Positions 1 through 6,452 of a DNA stretch of 64,000 nucleotides are shown piece after piece. Below the pieces are notes generated by a model. The model was not told where the DNA came from. It did no database searches and saw nothing but the letters and a program-made list of their open reading frames with translations. The first letter of the stretch is position 1; every line of letters begins with the position of its first letter. Source of the DNA: an uncultured Collinsella sp. (GTDB lineage Bacteria > Actinomycetota > Coriobacteriia > Coriobacteriales > Coriobacteriaceae); the NCBI GenBank assembly GCA_958420205.1, contig CATZIX010000007.1, positions 63,490 to 127,489 on the forward strand, in the 5' to 3' direction. Made by a program: the position numbers and the translations under genes.

Positions 1-71
1 GCGAGCACCGGGCAGGCGAGCGCGGCGAGGACAATTGAGGTGACGAGCGCCGTGAGTATCTTTGTCTTCAT
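1..71 (-). CDS. 5' end of a signal-peptide-like protein (MKTKILTALVTSIVLAALACPVL...), runs off the window
   Basis: ATG at 71..69 overlaps the TGA of the upstream MobC ORF (ATGA), which suggests coupling. The N-terminus is hydrophobic. Only 23 codons are visible. Confidence 0.3.
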   Translation of the reverse strand, partial: MKTKILTALVTSIVLAALACPVL

Positions 72-418
72 GGTTGTTCCTTTGTTTTTGACAGAAGGTC
101 CGAGAGTTGAGAGGTCGTGCGGGCTATGAGGTTTAAGGCCTCCGAGAGCCGATGTGCCGTCTGTCCGTCGACCCCGTATTTGTTAATGGCCCGTTGGGCT
201 TGGTTAAGGTTGTTTCCCTGCCGCTTCATCTCGGTGAGCATCTGCCGGAGGGTCGACTCGTCGGCGATCTTGACCGGTTTCTCTCCGAGATTGAGCGCGG
301 CCTCGCGCATGAACGTCGATGGGGGCATGCCGAAAGAGGAGGAGCGGGCCACGATTGCGACCCGCTCCTCATCGGTCATCCTGACGTTTATATGTGCGGT
401 CCTGCTATTGCCGCGCAT
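68..418 (-). CDS. mobC: MobC-family relaxosome accessory protein (ribbon-helix-helix)
   Basis: 116 aa. VRMTDEERVAIVARSSSFGMPPSTFMREAAL followed by MKRQGNNLNQAQRAIN matches the MobC pattern (RHH N-terminus plus the GxNLNQxAr motif). Confidence 0.7.
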   Translation of the reverse strand: MRGNSRTAHINVRMTDEERVAIVARSSSFGMPPSTFMREAALNLGEKPVKIADESTLRQMLTEMKRQGNNLNQAQRAINKYGVDGQTAHRLSEALNLIARTTSQLSDLLSKTKEQP

Positions 419-421
419 CGC

Positions 422-1321
422 CTAATCCCTATCGAGGAAGGTGGCATGGGCTCCGTCGAAATCGAGCCGCGCCTCGGCCAACATTCCGTAACGGTTCTTG
501 AGGGCAATGAGCTTGAGCGGAGTTCCGCTTGCGGGAGGCTCATAGGGAAAGCTGGGCTTACCGTTGTCATCGGCGAGGTAGAGCACAGAGTCGAAGCCGT
601 ATTCGACGGCGGAGGAACCGCCGAACATGCCGAGGCTTGGCTTGGTCGACTTTCCAGACTCGTAGGACTTGCGCGTGGTCGAGCTCAGGGCGATGACGGG
701 CGAGCCATAGAGGTTCGAAATTTCGCGCAAACCCTTTACGCATGCGGTGATTGCCAGGCGCTCGTCGATGAACTGCTGGTCTGCCGTGGTGCCGCAGGCC
801 AGGAGCTGCAGGTAATCCACGAAGACGATAGGGGCCTCGTTGCGCTCGCGTGCCACCAGGCCGACGAGGTTCGAGAGCTCGACGGTGTTCAGCGGACCGG
901 TGATGCAGAGATTGGGGGCGATGCGGTCGCGGTACATGCCGAGTGCGTTTTCGAAGGCCACGTGCTTGGGGTGGCTCTCCGCCGCCGCATCTGCGACCTC
1001 GGAGAGGGCAAGCTCGGTGCCGCTGAGCCGCGTAAGGCTCTTTTCCAGGAGCTTGTGCGCGGGGAGCTCGGCGGAGACGTAGACGACCGGGTGCCCGTCG
1101 TCCGCGAGCTTGTCGGCCTCCTGCAAGGCCAGGGTCGTCTTGCCCTTGCCGGGTGCGGTGCCGATGGCGTAATTCAGTCCGGGGTAAACGCCACCGAGAA
1201 CGTCGTTGAGGGCCTTGAGGCCAAAGTGGGCGACGGGCTGGTCGCCCTCAAGGGCGCTTAGATGCTCGTCGAGCTTATCGGATTCGAAAACGAGGAGGTT
1301 GGAGGTCGGGCACTGCATCAC
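422..1321 (-). CDS. DnaB-like helicase C-terminal domain / RecA-fold ATPase (replication or transfer protein of the element)
   Basis: Walker A is GTAPGKGKTTLAL. The DnaB-type motif IVFVDYLQLL is present. 299 aa. Its start overlaps the stop of the upstream ORF. Confidence 0.7.
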   Translation of the reverse strand: MMQCPTSNLLVFESDKLDEHLSALEGDQPVAHFGLKALNDVLGGVYPGLNYAIGTAPGKGKTTLALQEADKLADDGHPVVYVSAELPAHKLLEKSLTRLSGTELALSEVADAAAESHPKHVAFENALGMYRDRIAPNLCITGPLNTVELSNLVGLVARERNEAPIVFVDYLQLLACGTTADQQFIDERLAITACVKGLREISNLYGSPVIALSSTTRKSYESGKSTKPSLGMFGGSSAVEYGFDSVLYLADDNGKPSFPYEPPASGTPLKLIALKNRYGMLAEARLDFDGAHATFLDRD

Positions 1322-1560
1322 TCGCTCGCCTCTTCAGCGAGCTTTTTGAAGTAGTCGTAGAGGTCTTCCTCCATGACAAAATACTGGTTGGCGATGCGGA
1401 AGCAATGATGAGTCGACTTCATGAGCCGGATGGCACTTGACTGGCCAATGCCGATGAGAATCTGAACATCAAGACGGCTCAAGATACGCTTGGTGCCAGT
1501 GCGGCGAAGGTTGATGCCTGCGGAAATGGCGTCAACCTTGGGGTCATCTGCAAGATGCAT
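1318..1560 (-). CDS. small helix-turn-helix DNA-binding protein (excisionase/AlpA-like)
   Basis: 80 aa, lying between the integrase-proximal genes and the ATPase. The HTH-like segment is ILIGIGQSSAIRLMKS. It overlaps the next gene by 4 nt. Confidence 0.4.
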   Translation of the reverse strand: MHLADDPKVDAISAGINLRRTGTKRILSRLDVQILIGIGQSSAIRLMKSTHHCFRIANQYFVMEEDLYDYFKKLAEEASE

Positions 1561-1639
1561 GATAAACTCCTTGTTTGGGGTGCTCGGCTCCTCTTCGAGG
1601 TTTGGCGACTAAGAGAGGGGAGTCGGGTGCCGTTTTTTA

Positions 1640-2368
1640 TTACCAGTCGGAACAAACTTCTTCAAGAAGACTGCTCCATTTGCGACGCAACTCCGGGGTA
1701 TCCGGGAGTACGTGCTGGTTGCCGCAGTCTGCGGCAGAGGTCGTGACGCTCTCTTCGAGCGCGGAGAAGGCGTCGGCGAGATAGGCGCATGTCGCGTTCA
1801 GCTGGCCGATTTCGTCAAAATACTCGATGGCGAAGCGCACGAGCGCCACAACGGGGGCGCGGTTATAGTTGGTGGACGCCTCGTCCATCAGGGTGCGGCC
1901 GTACTTCACCGCCCTGTCGGTCTCGTAATCGACAAAGGGGTCTGAGGGATCGCGCGGAACCTTGTGCTCCATAAAGTCAATGACGGAATCAAAGCAGCGG
2001 CGAAGGTGCGGCATGTCCATCGCGCCGGTAAAGAGCGCGGTCCCACAACGCCTCTCGTGGATTAGCTCGAAACCGAACTCGACAATGGACTTATAGCCGC
2101 CGTGGGCGACGGTTCCCGTCGCGCCAGTGACGTTCGAACGCAGAACGTCCGAGACGCTCGCAAACAGACCACTACCGCTGTAGACGTCGAGCATCCTGTC
2201 CCTCGGAAATGCCGGGGAGGGAAGCACCTCGTCAAAGACAAGGCCGATAATGGCTTTTGACTCATCGGTCGCTCGAAGGTAAGCCTCGTCGGAGACCATC
2301 TGTGAGAAGGGGGTCTTGAGGTTTTCGGGTATGCGGATACGCTTCTCGGCCTTCTTCTTATAGACCAT
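1640..2368 (-). CDS. hypothetical protein of the mobile element
   Basis: ORF 1640..2401. The internal ATG at 2368 is preceded by GGAGGTG plus 6 nt. No domain recognised. Confidence 0.45.
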   Translation of the reverse strand: MVYKKKAEKRIRIPENLKTPFSQMVSDEAYLRATDESKAIIGLVFDEVLPSPAFPRDRMLDVYSGSGLFASVSDVLRSNVTGATGTVAHGGYKSIVEFGFELIHERRCGTALFTGAMDMPHLRRCFDSVIDFMEHKVPRDPSDPFVDYETDRAVKYGRTLMDEASTNYNRAPVVALVRFAIEYFDEIGQLNATCAYLADAFSALEESVTTSAADCGNQHVLPDTPELRRKWSSLLEEVCSDW

Positions 2369-2480
2369 TTTATTCACCTCCAATCGTTTGTCTGCAATCA
2401 TCGTACCATCAGACGGCGCATGTAGCCCTAGTAGTAGCCCACCGTATGAAGAGATAGTGAAAATCGAGGTAAACTAGCTA

Positions 2481-3779
2481 TTACTTAGATGACAGCAATT
2501 CAAAGACTTCTGCTGCGTTTCGGTCATTGGCCCTGATTGCATGGGTGTAGAAATTAGCCGTTGTGCTTGCGGAGGCATGGCCCATTCGCGCCTGAACGGT
2601 CTTTAAATCGACGTTGCTCGCCACGAGAGCGGTCGCGGCGGTGTGACGGAGGCCATGGGGAACAAGTCCTGAGTAACCAGTGCCGCGCGTATGAAGCTTG
2701 CCGTCTCGCATGAACTGCTTTGTCACATCGCTATAAGTCCCATAGCCGTTATCGACGCAGAAGTCCCTAAACCATCGAGAGTAGTTGTGCCCGCTTGGTC
2801 TGGTGACGCTTATGCTGCGGAAACCGTCGGCATCCTTTCCAACGCTGAATGCGTGGACGATGGGGTCGGTATCCTTTTGTTCCAACCCGCGACGTCTGAA
2901 TATGTCGCGCTGCATAGTCTTCCACTTGTCTAAATACTCGGCCAGAGCTTTGTCTATGGAGAGAATGCGCCTGCTCATCTCCGATTTCGGGGGCCTCAAG
3001 GTCTTGTCGCTGGTGTACTGCCGGACGATTCGGAGCTCCATGGCTTCGGGGTCGTAATCGAGCCAGCTGAGCCCTAAAGCCTCGCCCTTCCTTAGCCCAA
3101 GGTGAAATATAAGCATGGTGCAGACGGTCATGGGCCCCATCGGCTCGGAAAGCAAGCACTCAGTGAATCTTGGGAGCTCATCGGGAGGGAGAAAGTTTCG
3201 TGCTCGCAGGTCCGGTTTCGGCAGCTTTATGCCGATGCAAGGATTGCGGCCAATCAGTTCGTTCTCAAGGGCATCTTGCATGACCTGCTTAAGCTTGACG
3301 TGAATGCGACGAATCTCGGCGTCGGTGAACCTTCCATTTGAACGGGCCTCAGCGTAGGCGCGTTTAACATCGTCGGGCCTCAGGTCGGCTAGGGGCACGT
3401 CTTCGAACAGTTCGCGTATGTGTCGCACGTCGTATCCCTCTCGCTCATATGAGAGAGGGGAGCCGAATGAGCTCTCTCGGAGCACGTGGAAGGATTCGGC
3501 ATATGCCGCTACGGTGCTCGGAGCATCCCTAGATGGTTCATAGCTCTCAAGTTCCTCGCGGTACTCGTTGAGAGCGTTTGCGACTTCGCTAGGCCAGTTC
3601 TTCGGGTTCTTGCTCTTGCAATGGATGGTCCTCTTGGGTGTTTTGAGATACTTAACTTTGCTGCCGTTCTTTCCGGAGTTCGGGTCTCTCCCAAGAGAGA
3701 AGTAAATCTTGAATGAGCCGGGCTTTCCCTTGATGGGTTCAGATGTTCCCTTTGCGGTTGGTTTGATTCTGGTTTCCAA
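2481..3779 (-). CDS. int: tyrosine site-specific recombinase (phage-type integrase)
   Basis: 432 aa. The C-terminal catalytic region has LRKGEALGL (Arg I) and HGLRHTAATALV...MGHASASTTANFYTH (H-x-x-R ... Y). Confidence 0.88.
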   Translation of the reverse strand: METRIKPTAKGTSEPIKGKPGSFKIYFSLGRDPNSGKNGSKVKYLKTPKRTIHCKSKNPKNWPSEVANALNEYREELESYEPSRDAPSTVAAYAESFHVLRESSFGSPLSYEREGYDVRHIRELFEDVPLADLRPDDVKRAYAEARSNGRFTDAEIRRIHVKLKQVMQDALENELIGRNPCIGIKLPKPDLRARNFLPPDELPRFTECLLSEPMGPMTVCTMLIFHLGLRKGEALGLSWLDYDPEAMELRIVRQYTSDKTLRPPKSEMSRRILSIDKALAEYLDKWKTMQRDIFRRRGLEQKDTDPIVHAFSVGKDADGFRSISVTRPSGHNYSRWFRDFCVDNGYGTYSDVTKQFMRDGKLHTRGTGYSGLVPHGLRHTAATALVASNVDLKTVQARMGHASASTTANFYTHAIRANDRNAAEVFELLSSK

Positions 3780-3798
3780 AAGTGTCCTCCAAGGGGAT

Positions 3799-3853
3799 TA
3801 CGTTAGGCTCGGGGCCGGGGCTTTGAGGGCCTCGGCCCCGAGCCTAACGTAAA
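3799..3853. repeat. perfect 20-bp inverted repeat (TTACGTTAGGCTCGGGGCCG / CGGCCCCGAGCCTAACGTAA) with a 15-nt loop
   Basis: Read directly. It sits between the integrase start and the att-like repeats. Candidate insulator/terminator or recombination-directionality site. Confidence 0.7.
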
Positions 3854-4037
3854 CTTTTCACCCCTGCAAGCCGTAAACGCAACTGCTAGGGGTGAAAAAG
3901 AGGTGAAATAGAATTCTAATAAGAACCAGCAGAAACTCAAAAATAGCTAATCTACCTGCGAATATATAAAATAGGGCAAAATTGCATTTGCCCAGGTAAG
4001 GTAAATGACCATGACCTCCTAAAGCGGGTGTCGACGG

Positions 4038-4112
4038 TTCGAATCCGCCCGGGGGCACCAGAAATTTGCCGAGCCCGGTACCACTACGGTGCCGGGCTCT
4101 TCTGGTCTAAAG
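4038..4112 (+). repeat. att-like module 1: tRNA T-loop/acceptor 3' end (TTCGAATCCGCCCGGGGGCACCA) plus a terminator hairpin (GAGCCCGGTACCACTACGGTGCCGGGCTC-TTCTGG)
   Basis: Canonical GGTTCGAATCC...CACCA tRNA 3' end, but no matching 5' acceptor strand, D arm or anticodon arm lies upstream. Confidence 0.6.
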
Positions 4113-4166
4113 GCCGGATTCGGACCGTCGACACCCGCGTCACTCATTTCCCCGCGGGGGGGAGTT

Positions 4167-4241
4167 TTCGAATCCGCCCGGGGGCACCAGAGGAATATCG
4201 AGCCCGGTACCGTTACGGTGCCGGGCTCTTTTGGTTTAAGG
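4167..4241 (+). repeat. att-like module 2: second copy of the tRNA-3'-end plus terminator module, 129 bp downstream of module 1
   Basis: TTCGAATCCGCCCGGGGGCACCAGAGGAATATCGAGCCCGGTACCGTTACGGTGCCGGGCTCTTTTGG. Roughly 9 in 10 positions are identical to module 1 by eye. Confidence 0.6.
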
Positions 4242-4358
4242 CATGCCGTAGTATTCGCTGCTTCAGATAAAGAAAGCGCCCGCTTGCTGGGGGAGCAAGC
4301 GGGCGCCTGTGAGCGAATATGTTTGCGGCGAAAGCCGTGATGAGCGGTGGGGTGGCGA

Positions 4359-6320
4359 CTAGTTGGTCGTACCGGAATCGTCGCCCGTGCTCGTGCCCGA
4401 GCCCGAGCCCGAACCAGAAAGTGCGACCGTCAGCGTAATCGTGCTGTCGGTGGACTGCTTTCCAGTGGGGGAGACGCCCGTAACGGTGGCATCCTCGTTA
4501 CCGCTTACGGGATTGCCGTTCTGGTCACAGAAGCCAATGTTATAGAAACCGGCGTTGTTGAGCGCGGTAACGGCGGCGGAGATGCTCTTGCCGTACAGGT
4601 TGCCCGGGACGGTGGCCTTGCCGGACTTCTTGGCAATGACGACGGTAATCGTGGCGCCGGGCTTCTGCTTGCCGCTGGGGTTCCAGCTGATCACGGTGCC
4701 CTCGGTAACCGAGTCGTTCTCCTGGTAGCTCACGTCGACGCCAAAGCCTGCCATATCGAGGGCGTTGCGCGCCTGGGCCTCGGTCATGTCGGTCAGGTCG
4801 GGGACGGACGTGGTATCCGGGCCGCTCGAGACCTTGTACGAGATGGTCGTGCCCTTCGCGACTTCCTTACCGGCTTCGGTGCCCTGCTCAAAGACCTGGC
4901 CCTCATCAGCCTCGTTGGCCTCCTCGGAGGCGTTGCCCTTCAGGCCAACGCTTGCCAGCGCGGCCTCGGCCTGGTCCTTGGTCAGGCCGACAAGATGGGG
5001 AACCTCAACCTTCTCGGAGGGCTTGGGACCCTTGGAGATTACCAGGTTCACCTTGGTGCCCTTGGCCTTCTTGGTGTTGCCGTTGGGCGTCTGCTCGGCG
5101 ACCTTGCCCTCGTCGACATCGTCGTTGTAGCTTTGGTCGATGGTGCCGACCTCGAGGCCGGCTTCCTTGATCAGCTCGACGGCAGTCTGCTGGTCCTTGC
5201 CCAGCACATCGGGCACGGTGACCTGCTCGCCGCCAAAGAGTCCTGTGGCAAAGGCCACCACGATGCAGATGACGGCAACGGCTGCCACCACGGCGGCGAT
5301 GATCTTGTTCTTGTTGGATTTGGGCTTTTCGACCTCGTAGGAGCCGGTGGAGCCCGAAACCGAGCTACGGGTGGTATTCTGGCCGCTCACGCCCGAGACG
5401 GGACGCACCATGGCGCGCGTCTGATCGGAAAGCTCGCGAGTCTTGGTGGCGCCCAGCTCACCGGGGGCACCGATGATGCGCGTGGGCTCCGAGACGTTGA
5501 CGGCACGGCCCGACAGGTAGCTGTTGAGCACCTGACGCAGCTCGTCGGCGGTCTGGAAGCGGTTTGCCGGGTCTTTCTCCATGCACTTGAGGATGATGCG
5601 CTCAAGGTCGGCGTCGACACCGGAGTTGATCTGGCTCGGCGGAATAGGCAGCTCGTTGACCTGCTTGAGTGCGACCGAGATGGCGTCGTCACCGTCAAAG
5701 GGAACGCGGCCGGTGGCGCACTCGTACATCACGACGCCCAGCGAGTAGATATCCGAGGTGGGGCCGAGGTCCTGACCGCGGGTCTGCTCGGGGCTGACGT
5801 AGTGGGCGGTTCCCAGCACGTTGTTGTCTTGCGTGAGGTGGCTGTTCTTGGCACGCGCGATGCCAAAGTCCATCACCTTGATGTTGCCGTCGGGCAGCAC
5901 CATGATGTTCTGCGGCTTAATGTCGCGGTGGATGATCTCGTGCTTGTGGGCGACCGAAAGCGCAGAGCTGATCTGCGAGCCGATCTGGGCGACCTTCTTG
6001 GGGTCGAGGGCGCCGTGGCTCTTGATGCCGCTCTTAAGGTCGGTGCCGCGCAGGTACTCCATGACGATGTAATAGGTGTCGCCGTCCTTGCCCCAATCGT
6101 AGACGCCCACGATATAGGGGGAGGAGAGACCGGCTGCTGCCTGGGCCTCCTGCTTAAAGCGTGCGGCGAAGGTTGCGTCGCCGGCATACTGCGGCAGCAT
6201 GATCTTGACGGCGACCGTGCGGTCGAGGACCTGGTCCTGTGCACGGTAGACGGTCGCCATGCCGCCCGTTCCCACCTTATCCTTGAGGAGGTATCTTCCC
6301 CCGAGGACCCTCTGTTCCAT
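4359..6320 (-). CDS. pknB: Ser/Thr protein kinase PknB with a transmembrane helix and extracellular PASTA repeats
   Basis: Hanks motifs are GTGGMATVY, VAVK, HRDIKPQN, DFG and SPEQ. The TM helix is IIAAVVAAVAVICIVVAF. PASTA-like repeats follow (VPDVLGK..., VPHLVGL..., VPDLTDM...). ATG 6320 has a GGAG RBS; the alternative ATG is 6335. Confidence 0.92.
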   Translation of the reverse strand: MEQRVLGGRYLLKDKVGTGGMATVYRAQDQVLDRTVAVKIMLPQYAGDATFAARFKQEAQAAAGLSSPYIVGVYDWGKDGDTYYIVMEYLRGTDLKSGIKSHGALDPKKVAQIGSQISSALSVAHKHEIIHRDIKPQNIMVLPDGNIKVMDFGIARAKNSHLTQDNNVLGTAHYVSPEQTRGQDLGPTSDIYSLGVVMYECATGRVPFDGDDAISVALKQVNELPIPPSQINSGVDADLERIILKCMEKDPANRFQTADELRQVLNSYLSGRAVNVSEPTRIIGAPGELGATKTRELSDQTRAMVRPVSGVSGQNTTRSSVSGSTGSYEVEKPKSNKNKIIAAVVAAVAVICIVVAFATGLFGGEQVTVPDVLGKDQQTAVELIKEAGLEVGTIDQSYNDDVDEGKVAEQTPNGNTKKAKGTKVNLVISKGPKPSEKVEVPHLVGLTKDQAEAALASVGLKGNASEEANEADEGQVFEQGTEAGKEVAKGTTISYKVSSGPDTTSVPDLTDMTEAQARNALDMAGFGVDVSYQENDSVTEGTVISWNPSGKQKPGATITVVIAKKSGKATVPGNLYGKSISAAVTALNNAGFYNIGFCDQNGNPVSGNEDATVTGVSPTGKQSTDSTITLTVALSGSGSGSGTSTGDDSGTTN

Positions 6321-6452
6321 TCCTGCTCCTAACATAACTATTCGCTCAACGATGTGTGTAGTACCTACGATGTGGCCGCTGGGGCCGTGTGGCGCGTTGC
6401 CGCTAACTCTTCGGCCGCGGCGCGCCTCGGGTGTCCGATTCGATCATGGGCA

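Larger units (their letters stand above)
1..4060 (-). mobile_element. Integrative mobilizable element, right-hand part (MobC, DnaB-like ATPase, HTH/excisionase-like, hypothetical, tyrosine integrase), bounded on the right by a tRNA-3'-end-like att core
   Basis: All genes are co-oriented on the minus strand. The integrase is the outermost gene, next to the GGTTCGAATCCGCCCGGGGGCACCA tRNA-end motif. The left end lies outside the window. Confidence 0.6.

Noticed and set aside
3858-4062. Possible tmRNA or intact tRNA ending in GGTTCGAATCCGCCCGGGGGCACCA. The 66-aa minus ORF 3858..4058 (MPPGGFEPSTPALGG...) lies here.
   Set aside because: No complementary 5' acceptor strand, no tRNA-like D or anticodon arms, and no tag-peptide-like reading frame or resume codon context were found in the AT-rich upstream sequence. 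The ORF is only the antisense translation of the tRNA-end motif.
4384-4420. Tandem GAGCCC/GAACCA hexamer repeats near the 3' end of pknB.
   Set aside because: This is simply the coding sequence of the C-terminal (Ser-Gly)n tail (LSGSGSGSGTS) on the minus strand. It is not a CRISPR or VNTR-type feature.
4347-6332. 661-aa plus-strand ORF opposite pknB. Similar very long antisense ORFs are 30668..34339(-), 37195..39000(-), 38964..40436(-), 22210..23691(-), 53717..55306(-), 58972..61050(-), 49793..51079(-), 61653..63011(-), 34883..35878(-), 40678..41829(-), 55644..56639(-) and 43552..44451(-).
   Set aside because: Each lies exactly antisense to a gene with clear family motifs. Their translations are low-complexity (Gly/Ala/Arg/Val/Asp/Leu-rich) with no motifs. 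This is the typical mirror-ORF artefact of high-GC DNA.
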